A stretch of 64,000 bases of DNA from Klebsormidium nitens (lineage: Eukaryota; Plantae; Klebsormidiophyceae), in contig DF237231.1 of assembly GCA_000708835.1 (NCBI GenBank), forward strand, positions 1-64,000, written 5' to 3'. The position numbers and the translations under genes are program-made. The notes beneath the pieces are model-generated. The model ran no database searches. It was not told the origin of the DNA and saw nothing but the letters and a program-made list of their open reading frames with translations. This document shows, piece after piece, positions 31,401 to 44,300 of this stretch. Within the stretch, counting starts at the first letter, position 1. Each line of letters starts with the position of its first letter.

Positions 31401-34400
31401 TCAGTGACTTCGATCTTTCTAAGCGGGCTTTGTCCATGTCATAGCAGACAGTGGTGCCTTCGTAAGCAAGTAGTATGCATGGATACATTTTGGACGAAAC
31501 CGGATCAGAGGTAGCAAAAGTTGATAAACCCCGGCATTCAGATTCTCCGCAGATTGACGCTCTGAACAGCGCTGTGTTCGCATCTTTTTTTTGTCACGTC
31601 GTAGCCTTTGCGGAGCCGCCGTCGACTTTGGCACGTCACAATGTGCGTCTAACGCCGGTTCCTCGTTGTTGGTCAAGTTCAGCCCCAGATTAGATTGCTA
31701 GCGAGTCGACGCAACCCTGACCTTCTGGGCCTTCATCTAGCGAGTGAACACAGTACTGCTCACGTGTATTGTTACGTCATGGCCTCTGCGCACCGCAGAT
31801 CCAGGGGCACAGTCAAAAAGCAGTCGGCCCGCAGATTTTCTCCAGCTCAAAACCTTGCTCGCCCAACAGTATGAGCGCAACGTCAAAGCAGCTTTGACAT
31901 TCCTTCCCTGCCTGTATGTGAGCTAGCATCACAGCCTTTGTCATGCTTCATAGTTTGCACAAAAGCCGCGCTTTTGAAAAAATTCGCAGCAACGCTCTGC
32001 GTTGACAAGTGAGCAAGTGCAGTCCGTTGCGAACATTCGTGATTGATGACCGTTACAAGGGCGTACCCAACAGCAGTACCCTGTCAACGAGCCACAACCT
32101 TTGAACTCAGATGTAAAGCTCGATCTGCGAGAGCAGTAGGCCAATCACCATGAGCACTCGAGCACTTCCAGCCGACGTACATTTTCTCCACGGGCCTACC
32201 AACAGACATTGCGACCTACATGCGGAAGAAACCCGAACAAAGGGGATCTGCTCAATGGGCGTAGCCCATCAAGCTTAAAAATGCATCGTCGATCAGCTCA
32301 GATTACAAGATGTCCGTCTCTGTCTTCCATAGAATGACTTGGACAAAAGGCTTCGCCCATCAGAGCTCCAATACTGCGAATCAGCTTTCCGTAAGCAATA
32401 TGAAGTGAACCCCAGCCAGTGAAGAATGACGAAAGTACACGGGGTTGTGCAACTAGCGGACCACCCCCCATTCACTTTGGTTACGAGCAACTAAGGTGCT
32501 CTTCTATCAAACAAGCCCTGAAAGGATGACTAGTCATGGGGAGGGAGTAAGACCGTGCCATTGGGCGTTAACGGAAGTTCCATTGTAAAGAAGGGATGAA
32601 GACTGATGGTGCGTGTTTCGCTCGGACTGCCAGATAATCTATCAATGAAGGAGGCAACGAGGATGGCGTCCGTTTGTAACCCTCAGTGTGCGACTGCTCG
32701 GTATGAGGTCTTTCCTGGCCACTGTGGCAATTCCAGCCCAAGTCGACGGTAAACTCAGCTCAAAATTCGAGAGTAACAGAAGTGTGGCATGTTGCGCAAC
32801 TTCTCATTCCTGGATGAGTACCCCGTGAAAGGTGGCGGTGCGTTGAAACGTGAGGCAGCTGCAACGTGCAGCCGGCCCGGCGCAACTCGCGACCAAAAGG
32901 GCCAACGCGACTACTCAAACAACGACCATGACCCTTCCAACGAAAAGAGTACCAAACGTTACCCATCAGCGTATGCACCGGAGCTGACGCCTTCTCAAAA
33001 GGAGACTCTTCGACAAATGCTGACGAAGAGCAGGGCAGCAAAAGTAACCATACGGATCGGCTCTAAGAGCACAGCAATTACCTTCATGTATGTCAAACGT
33101 GAGCCAACTTCTGCCCAAAGCCTATTGTCTTCATAGCCTCCGCCGAACAGCACGCCGCGAGTTGATCCAAAGTCGTCTCACGTGCATACGGCAGGCGTAT
33201 TAATGTAAATAGACAATGCAACGTCGCCAAGCAAAGAAACCGTTACGTCTACTTGACATCCCTGACACGTCGCCAAGTTGAAAACAATCCACGCCCGAAT
33301 GAGACGATTACATTCATCAGGGGCCTACAATGAGCAATCAGCAAAGACTTGTTTCCAGAGGACCCTGTACTTGAAGTGGCTTCTCGTAGACCACAGACTT
33401 TGCATCTGCACGGCGGCTCAAAGGACGAGAATGTTCTACGGGGATAAGGTAAGAGAGCCACATGCTAACGAAAGAAAAGGCTTCATATTTGAAAACGACG
33501 CGGCATCACTTAACCGAGACCTGTGAGCAGACCGGCGCCCACCATCTCACTATCACGGCCGCTCGTAACACTTGATAGTTCTTTTACTAGCTTTCGTCCC
33601 AAAGCGGAAAGCACGTCCTTCTGATATTATGCCCGTCGCCCGCGTTTGCCCTTCAATGGTTGAGTGGAATTTCGACGCATTGTCAAAAGTGTGAGGACAA
33701 CTGACTCGCGATGCATCACTGTCCGGATCCGTCAATCCTGAGGCAATCAGAAGCTCGCTTTCAGACAAGAGCTGCTCGGTTGAGTCTCTGGCTTCGTTGA
33801 GCGGATTGTATTTGTCTATTTGGTCCATCATTCCCGCCGGCCACCACAACTCCATCTTGGGTGCCACGAAATAGGAAAAGCCCCAGAAGCACGCGCGGCA
33901 ATCTAAACAAACCTCAGGTGGTTGCAATGTAGATCACCAAAGTCACACGAAGAAGACGAAGGAAGCGACTCTTTGTGGAAGATCGCAGGATGCCCTGGGC
34001 CACGGTGGATGCTGATTTCAAGATACACAATCTGTGCGATTATGCTTGTATTCAACCGACTCTCTTGTGGCTGTCCGTGTTGAGCAAAGAAAACTACTTA
34101 TAGCGTCCATGGAAGCATCATACTTCAGCATTGGATCCGATTCATTGCGAATCAACTTCACGAGATCCGCATGCTATTCCAATAATTGCCATCATGGCAA
34201 TACCTATCGAGGGGCATCCAAGAAACCTTAAGAGAGAACAAAGCAGTCACTGCACAGGGTTCACAGCGAGAAAGTCTGACAAAATGAAAACCTTTGGGCT
34301 CACGAATTTAAACCAAGTGTCAGATCCTACAACATATCGCCCCACAGTGTCCAATTACAATGTATTCCTACACCATCTCCTACTGTCGTCGTGTCCTAAG

Positions 34401-35353
34401 AAATCAGGCGGCAGTAAACGTTTTGAACCCCAGTACAAACGATTACAATTTCTCAAAACCCGCAGCTAACACGATACCTCGGCTCGCCCGTCTCTTTCCA
34501 GAGCGGGCCGACCCACTTCGGCCCCGCAGAAAAGAGCACGCCCCCGGCAGCTTTTCGGGCACGTCATCAACAGCATCAGCGGCAGCAGGGGTTCCCGGGT
34601 CCTGGAGGGGCCACTTGACGGTGAAGGTTAGCAAAGAACACCTGGTTTAGAACGTTTCATAACTTCGAAGCTATCAACGGCGAGAAGCCCAGCATCCATT
34701 TGCCATTCTTGCCGGGACAGCAGAGAGATGACTCAATGACCGGGGGCGACAACTAAGGCTATAGAGGCGATGACGAAGCCACTGATTCGCTTACTTTTTT
34801 CAAAGTGGCGTGCAATAAAGCCTCCTTAGCACGCTCCTTATCTGTACCCTGAGATACTGGACAACTACGCGTAACTCGGACCCGCAGAATCTCTTTCCAA
34901 TCAAGAAAGTACGTTGTAAGCCACAGGGTAAGCTTCTCGCCCTAATTTTTCGCGCGAAGTTCCCATCAAAACAGCGACCGCTGGGACGGGTGTCTCTCTT
35001 GAGGTTTCAACTGCCCACTTACCGAGTTCTCTCCTCGTTTCCTCCTCCCTGTTTCCGTCCGTTTGGTTCCGTCGTCCCCTTCGTCGACGGTCCACCTCTG
35101 CTCTCGCACCTCCTGAGCGACGCCATCACATACGCCCAGGCCCCTTTCTTCTGTGTAAGCTGACTGGCCCACCCTTCCATCTCCCTCTTCTGTCTCTTTC
35201 CTTTCGATTCACTTTCCGCTCGAGCGCTCGCTTCCTGGCCGTAAACATGGCAACCGGACTTCTCCCAAGCTTTGCTGTCAGCTCAATGACGTCATCGCAT
35301 GAGTGACCGGCTGCTTATGAGAGACCTTTCTTCTCCAACATCGGCCTCCTTTC

Positions 35354-38300
35354 TCACCCCGTTCCAAGCTCTCTTTCTTCCCGCTTCCGCTTAAGCGCCT
35401 GCTGCCTTACCGTCAGCCGCTCGACCCGCTTCCCTTTCGCGGCTTCCTGGTCATCATCGCTGACGTCACCGCTTTCGCCGCTGCTGACGTCATCGCTCTC
35501 GTCACTGCTGCTCTCTTTCCGGCCCGGCCTCCTCACGTCTTCGCTCTCCCCGCTGCTCTCCCCACTGCTGACGCCACCGCTCTCTCCGTTGCTGACGTCA
35601 TCGCTCCCCTCCCCGCTCTCTTCGCCACTATCCAAGCTACTTACTGCGCCGCCTCTGCCACTACTTTTCGTTTCCCCTCCGCTCCTGTTCCCGCCGCTCA
35701 CATTCTTCCGACCCCGTTTGCGCGGCGCCTTCCCGCTGACATCATCGTCCTCCTCGTCGCTCTCTTCCCCGCTCTCGTCACTACTTTCCGACTCACCGCT
35801 ACTCTCTCTGCCTCCTCCCCATTGTCCGCCTATGCCGGTCCTTGTTGTGTCCCCGCGCTGTCTCCCCGTCGTACGGCTTGTCACCCTTTCCTCCTCAACC
35901 TCAGCCAGCCACTCATCAGCAATCTCTAGAACACCAAACACGCTTTCATCCTCTTCTCTCAGATTTCCGCTATCCTTCTCTTCTACTGCCACCACCGCGG
36001 TCGTCTGGTCCGCTGCAACGGACACTGACTTTCCGGTTCCGCTCGGCCCCGCTGTTAGCCCCGAAACGGACGGCTCGACCGTCTCAGTCTCCGCCAGCGA
36101 CTTCGCAACTTCGCCCCTCGGGTACATGCTCCTTAACCACTCCGAGATGCCCCCTAACCCCGCCGCCGCCCCAGTCAGCGGCGGCGCGCTCACCGATTTG
36201 ACGTCAGTCATTGCAGGAACCTCCGCAATAACCAAACCTTTCGACAAACTCCGATCTGCAATCCCACTGGGCGCAGCCTGGGTGTGCTGCAAAAGCATAC
36301 CCCTAAACCCCCGCCGTACACCCGGTTTCGCCCCTGACCCAGCCTCTAACTCAGGCCCTTCGTTCGCCTCCATAGACTGCAAACCCTTCCCCGAAGTCGA
36401 CTGGATTAACTCCCTCCCCGTCACCAATCCGCCTTGTAATCCGCTCGCTTCGGTTGACTTTACAAGACTCGCTAACAAATCCTTTTTGTGCTTCTCTTTG
36501 CCCCGTACGGCAGCCTCCCTCTCCCGCGCCCCTTCCCAGAAGCGTTCGTCTCTTCTCTTCCGTTCGCGTCTGAGCACTTTCACGTACGCTTCCGCTTCTC
36601 CGAACCGCGCCTCCAACTCGCGCGCAAACTTTTCTCCGTCGAACCCTTTGCCGCCCTCGCAACGGAACAGCCGCAGGACACTCTGCGCGTACTCGTTCGG
36701 CGGTCCGTACAAGTACGCGGACACCGCGGCCTTGGTCCGGAGCCACGTGGCCAGCTCGTTTTCCCGGTCCCCCCCCTCGATCAGCCCTCTTTCCACCCCC
36801 CCACTCCCCCGCTCTTTCTCTGCTACCCCCATCCTCCCGCCCCCACCTCTAGTTTCGTTGTCCGTTGTACGCAAGAAGAGGTCCCAATCATGCCTCAAAA
36901 CATCCCGCCCAAACTGCTGCTCACGCCAGCTGTCGAGCCGCCACAGCCACACGTCAGCAAAGTCCCTTGCCACATCATCGCTGCGTCGCAATGAACCCAC
37001 TTCTGGGCCCCCAAGACTTCTCCCCCGAGTCGAGTGGACTCTTGCACTGTCAGCAGTAATCCCCAAAGTGATTGGGGGAGAGTTGGCTGAGTCCTTTGCG
37101 GCGACCCACCAGCGCTCAATACAGCCCAGCAGGTCGCCCCATGCTGTGGTATCTCTGGGCTCCGCTTCGAGAAACTTGGCCAGGGCCGCCATAAACACGG
37201 TGACGCTGACGTCACCTGAGGAAATCAAAAAGCGAATTAGTAACGAGAAGAATCATCACTTCGCCGCAAAACGACTCATAAAGCACAAAAATGAGAGAAC
37301 GCCGAGATGTTGATGGGCCGTTTACCCTGGGTCACGTTGGTAGTCGGAGTCGACTTCTGGTGGAACAGGTGATCTGAAAGTGGTAGTGCCAATCCGTCGG
37401 GCTGTGACAACAGCCACGTGCGGGAATATAATACGAGAGCGTGCGGCTGATCACGAACTCACTCTAGAATCGACTGGCATCGATATCAGATCCGCCGCAA
37501 TGCGGCTCCGGCGTTCAAAATGCTGACCCACTGGACAATATCTTTCAGGCTGCGTTCGTGAGACGCTGAACTATAAACAAGCTGGTGACGATGTCCAATA
37601 GCGGCCTACCTTTTTCGTACAGCGTTCGTAGGCCCGTGAGCCCTGCTTCCGCTCCTGGGTCGACCTGGAGCAGCTCTAGATAGCACCGCTCGAGCGCCGC
37701 CGGATCGACCGGATCTTCCGCCTCCAACAAGAGAAGCAAGCTCCTGCACAAACCCCCATTTGCGTCACTCCCGCGAAAGTTCTTTTGATCAGGAAAGACA
37801 ATCTGCGTGGCATTCATCGAGAAACGACACCGTGGGTGCTGCCTCAACCGAGCTCTATTCTCCTAAACGGCTCTCTACACGTGGCATGGCTGGATGGTTC
37901 AAGGCTCTTACTTTGCACCACACGCCGCAATCAAACGCTTCACCAATGGCACTAAATGCCCCATGTCGTTGTCGCATGCATGACAATTGAGCGACGTAAA
38001 GTGCCGGTGACCTTACTCGTAGCACTCCACGTCGTGCGTCTTCTCGCAGAGTGACGTCAGCTTCTGGATCATCACTTCTCGGGAGAGCCGCTCGACTACT
38101 CCGGGCGCCCGGCCGGCCGCCGGCCCCAGCTCTGCAGCCGCCGCCTCAAGCTGTCACTCGGACAGAAGATGACGTCAGCCTACAACCAGGAACTTGACCA
38201 CCTGGGAATATCGCCAGAACGGGGTTGACTGGTTACCATGTAGCAGGCAGTTTTAATAAAGAAGATTCTGCAGTTCTCGCGAACAGCTGTCGGGAGGGGA

Positions 38301-41300
38301 CGTTTGAGCTACCTCGAAGGACTCCGCAGAAAGGTGAAACCTGAGCGAGGGCCTCTTCTCAAAGGCCTACTCGTAATGACCAACGAACGAAGCTGAAGGG
38401 AAAAAAAAGAGAAAAGCATGGCTCTAATCGCTGTTTGCCTACAGACTCCAGGTCAATCAGGAAGTATCAACTGCGAATCGACAGAGTTTCATTGCAAACG
38501 CCTTCTCTATCCTCTACAAAGGTGGAAAAGCAAGCAACGGCACGAACCCCAGAACTACTTCCTCCGCGTGTACGACGACCGAACAGTGGAAACCTCCGCT
38601 TTCAACCGAGCAATAGGGGCTTATAAACGAAGACGCACCTGCCGCCTCAAGTTGAAGATAAGCGGCGAGTCAGGCTCCAAGCTCTCCGCGGTTTCGAAGT
38701 GCGACGCGGCCAGGCGGAGGTGTTCGTGCGTTCGGACGCTCGCGCCGGCCGCTGACTGGGCGTCCGATTGCACCCGTCGGGCGTCCGCTTCGACGCTGTT
38801 CAGCCAGAGGGCGTGCTGGAGGAGGCCCACGTACACGTGGTAGATGGGCACGTGCTTATGCAGGGAGGAGAGCAATAACCTGTTGAAGAGAAAAGAACGC
38901 GTATGCAGAGACTGAGTGTAAAAGGGAGCAGCGAGGAAAGAAGAGAGAAGGCAGATTCAGACATTTCAAGGATACTTGCAATCATTCTCTTTGCCGGATA
39001 AAATGCATCGCCTGACGCCTACTTCCAGCGGTGCGCAAACGACGTAGGAAACGAGAAGAATCACGAAGTGTAGTGCTTGAGAACGAAAATGGAAACAACT
39101 TGAGCCACGCATGAACCAGATCATTTGCAAGGTTTGGCGGAAGACACGGGGGACAATGGAAAAGGACCAGAGAAGCATGAGGTGTACACGGATGAGGCTT
39201 CAAGAAACGGACGGCCAACAGTCAAGGACACGTGGGATGCAACTTGAGCAACACCGAAAGAAAGACGAGCAACCACGCAATAAGGCTCTCCTTTCTTTTC
39301 CCCCTCCTGCCACTCACGGCTTGACGGCGTCGTACGCTCGCTCGACCTCCCCCCGGTGCATGAGGAAGGTGGCCAGCTCCATCTGCAGCGTTCCGTGCCC
39401 CGGGGCGGAATCCTTTCCGGCGCAGAAACCTGTCGGGCGGACCTCCAGGCGCGCGAGCAGCTTGCGGTACAGCCGGACGCAGTGGTCGAACGACAGGGCG
39501 AGCGCCGATTGACACCGCAGGACGAGCTCCAGCAGCGCCTGCGGAGTACCAGCAGCTTGGTGTCAAAATCGACAACGTACGTGAAACGTGTTTCCGTTGC
39601 TGACGCAAAATTGACGGACTCATGTCGACATGATGAGTGTTGAAGGTGTCAGTAATTCTCGACGGAGTCCGCCAGAACGGTAATAGCGAAGTAAGCGTCA
39701 GTCTGGAAGGCGGAGTGCCTGTGTACATGTGCTGGCTATCCTTGGCGGCATTGGTAACGACCCGGAAAGCTGGCTTTGGTAGCACCCGCTCAAGGCAGCA
39801 ACGCCGCGGTCACCATCTGCTCGACCCACAACAAATAGACACGAATTGGTAGCTTGACCGGGCCGACAAAAAAAGTAGATCCTTCTTCCAGAAACGCGAC
39901 GTGGCATTCAGAGCGCCGATTCAACAGAGAGCCTGAGCGAACAATCACCCAAGACCTGAGCTCATCATAGCCGCCGAGCAGAATACAATCAGCGAAAGCA
40001 CTTTGCGCATCCAATTAACGGCGTCTTCTTCTGTGATATTTCCGTCCTCTTTCCGTAGGCTCCAAATCTATGCGATGCAGGACGACTGGACCGCGGCAGA
40101 CTTGACGGAAACCTTGTCGTTAAGGGGGAATCCCCACAAAGCGCATTCGCGACACAGAAAGGACCCGCAGAACAGCAACGATGATCCATCGGGCCTATCG
40201 AACTATTGCAGCACATATCGCTCAAAGCGCACTCTTTATGACCGAGCTTTTAAGCCACAAAGCACGCCCTCTAATTAGCGGGGCAAGGGCAAGAGTATGA
40301 AAACATCACCCACTATTTTTTCACTAGGGCTGTCGGGCACTACTTCTGCTCATACACTGTCGCTTCGACTGGTTCGACAATATGTAGGCTTGCGCAGGAC
40401 TGCTCGTAGTTTTGACAGTCAAGAAACCAGATACCGCACAATCGACAAGTCCACGCCGGCGTCTACACCGTTAACCATGAGCATGGATGACACCTCAGTG
40501 TCCAGTGCTGCAGAGCATCATCGCCGCTGGAAGATTCCTTTTCAAGAAACGAAGTAGCTTTCTGGGCGACGAAAAAGGGGAGTGGTTGCATATTCAAGTC
40601 CGCGCTGTGACTGGCAACCGGCTCAAATGCTTTACTACCCGGTTATAGGAGTGCAAGCACCGACAATGTTCAACCACAGGAAAGAGTGCGTGTGGCCTCA
40701 ATTATACTTCCAAAAATACTTTCAGATAACAACTCAAAACTCCCCTCCTGTCATGAACTGTTGGCCATCAGTCCGGACTGCTCCAATGATTCGCATGCGC
40801 CGACCTCTTGTTGTCTCAAACCATAGGCAGATCGGGCTTCCAATCGCCGTCACTATATCCGTGATTCGTAGGTCCAACAAGAGCAAGTTGCGAACGTTGA
40901 TAGTTTGCGAGTAAAGAATCATGTCACCCAATCAATTTTGTGCACCTCATACCAAGAAACCGCCTCTTGCACAGGCTGCAGATCAAAAATGGTGGGCAGA
41001 GAATGATGAGCAAGGCCAGTAACCAGACTTTGCATTTCCGCTTGGAAGCGGGCAAAAGACGGTCTTCGCAATTCACTAATTACTAAGACGAGTAGAAATG
41101 ACGGAACCTAAAGAGTATGTTTTTGAGCGTTGGTGCAATCGGGGAAAGATTCAGGAATAGCCAATCAACAAACACGAGGCCTCTTGTAAACGCCTGCCTT
41201 TGCTCTTTACATCCCAACAGCGCTTCTAACTAAGGGCAACAACATCCAGAGCATGCTCAGCAGCCAAGAACCTGATTGGATTCTCCCGAGGCACCCTCGT

Positions 41301-44300
41301 CACACTGAAGCGAGAGGCGTAAAAACAATGGCAGCTTATCGCCGCTGGAATTGCAACCAACAACCTGTGCCAAAGGAAACCTGACAATCAATGCTCCAGC
41401 AGCAGATTAATGCCCGTTTGCGTTTGTTCTCAACCAAGCCAAGTGGCTTTCCAACATGCGCGGTACATTGAGCGACAAGTCGCTCATAGTAAAGGTTTTC
41501 TTGACCAGTCCTTGCCACTTGGCTGAAGAGAGCGATAGCTCGCAGCTTTTGGTGAAAGAATGTCAGTTGTCCAAGGAAGATGCGTCTTGAAGGCAACAGA
41601 CACTGAAAACTTCGTGGCTAGACTGCTTTTGAATGACGCCGTACCAAGCCTGATGCAGGGTGGCGCGACTTACACAAGTAAGGACCAGATGCCCCATCCT
41701 GGTGAACAAAAGAGAATGCAAGGAGCAAACTGCGAGAAGAACTCCCACCTTTGTGCTTCTTTTGAAAGTATCGAGAACAAGACCAGTGTTTCACCCGCAG
41801 AGAAAGACAGGAAAACGATCGACAAGCGCAATCGAGGCATGAGAGTGCAATCGTGGGGGCAGACGTTGAAGAGGCGTCAGCCTACCAGCCAACAGAAAGG
41901 CTGCCAACGTGGTTTTCCGAGGGGGAATGTTTGCAAGTCAAATGCTGACCGTGGAGTGAGTCGGCCAGCAATGTAAGCGGCACTTGGCATCGGGTAGAAG
42001 TAATAAACCCTGAGCTCAACCATGCTCTACTTTGTGACTCGTCATAGCCAATCACCAAGACACTCGCCGACCCTTGCTCTCAAAGCTGTCGCACAGAGAG
42101 AGCTATATATAGTCTCTAAGTTCGTTGAACGACTTCTTGTCGATTATTTTTCGACGACAGGAACGTGCCTGCTTCCTTCGTGATGACAAACTCCTCGACA
42201 ATGGTAAGAAGCTGGACGAAAGAGAGGTTTCCTACAGGTGCATTCTGGAGAATACGACTCAAGCTTTAAGATGTATCTGAGCCGATTGGACCCCAATTCA
42301 CTTTCACCATCATCGTTTCGCTGGCGCTGCCCTTCATCACAACCGAGGCAGACTTTGCCTGGGCAACACGCAATCGGACTACCTTAAAAACAGATAAGGA
42401 ATGTATACACATCGCGGCAAGCAGCACCCACAAGAAACATGGAAAGGAGCAGAAACGGGTTACCATCAAGAAAGATCGGCAGCGGAGACCGTCGTTTCGC
42501 ACACATGGTTCTACGTCACCATCCGTAGCATAGGAGTATACTGTATTGACCCGCACGTTTCGGGCTCCATTGGCCCACACGCATTAAGATTCTTGCTTTG
42601 CAAAGAAGAATACAGCACGGATGGCATCAGCAAGTCGAGGTACAGACGTGAGCTTCCGAGAACCTCACTCTCTGCTTCGTCACAGCCTTGTCGACTGGCG
42701 GAGTAGGCAGCAGACCGTGCAAAGCAAGGACCAGGTAAAGTCCAGGCAACCAACGGAAGCCTCGACTACAAGCTGCCTCTGACTCTGAAACACGCGCCTC
42801 GAAACAGGCACCACGTGGATCTTGACCATTCTAGGTACAAGACAGGGGGCCTCAAACGGCCAGCGCTTGAAGTCACCAAACGATTCCCTAAGTGCGTGGA
42901 ACCAAAAGTAGTACTGCAATGTTGCTTCAGAAAGCAGCCAGCCGAAAGAATGGGCGCGAGTCCAGTCAGTCACGGCCTCGACGTCAGCAGACTCATCAAA
43001 AAATTAGGAAAAGCTGGAGCGGGTCTGTTCAGCCCGACCTGTGGACCGTTTGCACGTGTCGGTAAGTCTGAGCTTCAAGTACAAGCCTTCGTCAACCGAG
43101 AAGGAGAGTAGCGGCATATCCTGTGTGAGCCGATTTGAGCTTGGGATCCCAAGAATCTTATTGACCTCAACCGTTTGATTTTGGCCCAAAGAAGTAGCCA
43201 CTGCATTCACCTATCTGTCAACAAGATTCACAATGAAGGCCTGAAAGTTTAATGGCACACTCAAACCATTCAAGTTCCACGAGCCTTCCTATTTGCAGCC
43301 TCTCCAATCCTAGCAGTAAGACGGCATCCCTCGTACAAGCGAACTCCGAGTGAGCGAATCTTCGCCCAGAGTTGTGAACCTTCCTTGCCATCAAGCAGTG
43401 CACCGCAGGAATAGTACACATGTAATTGCAACCGTCGAAGCTCGAAGATAGTTAAAAGGGGGGTGAAACATGCACAGCCCCGCGGAACAGACAGACTGTG
43501 TCGGTCTCACCGGATCAGTTGTTGTTGATGGAAGCCACTGCCGCTCATTCAGATCAAGCAACCGGGGAGATCGCCCAATCATGCAGAGCGATGCAGAAGA
43601 GCGCTTTGTTTTGCTCAGACTTGGCTCTCTTAATCATCAGACTGGGAAGCAAAGGTAGAATATGCAAGGAAAAATGGACAAGCACTGGAGCCAGCTTGTA
43701 AGAGATAGGGGCCATTATCGACAGAAAAACGAGTACCTCGGAAAAGTGAGCCATCCCGTCTTCGAAATCGACTCCTAATCAGCAACCCAAGCCTACATAT
43801 CCAAGTCCATTCGCAGTGTTTGGTGGAGATGCCCCTTCGCATCGTATTAAACCCCAATAAGTCAAGACGCGATCAAGACAGCAGTTGTCGGAAGCAAACA
43901 AAAATGCATGTCAAGCAAAAGCAAACGCTAAGGAATGATGACCTGCTAACGAGGGCCACGGACAGGACAAGACTTGTTATGACGGTATCTGGAGCGTGTG
44001 AGCGTATGAGCGGACTGTGCTCAGAGCTTTGGTCCATCAATACCCTTGGCCTGTACACAGCAAATATTCTTCTCACATTGACAGCCAGGAGGTCCAAAGT
44101 GGAAAGATAAACTGGGCTCGACGAAGACCATTGCCGTGACCCACGATAAGAACTGGACCCCAGCAACCCGCCTGTCTGAGACCCAGCCCAATCCGGCTGA
44201 TTGATTGCTTACATGATGGTCGAGGTTTGCAGATGTCGACGTCTTTCAGGTGCGGCCTCAAAAATTGAACACGTGATACAGGTAATATAAAGGAATCAGT

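Noticed and set aside
35589-37313. 574-aa plus-strand ORF (MLTSSLPSPLSS...)
   Set aside because: Antisense shadow of the low-complexity TAF1A-like last exon; Ser/Pro-rich with no motifs.
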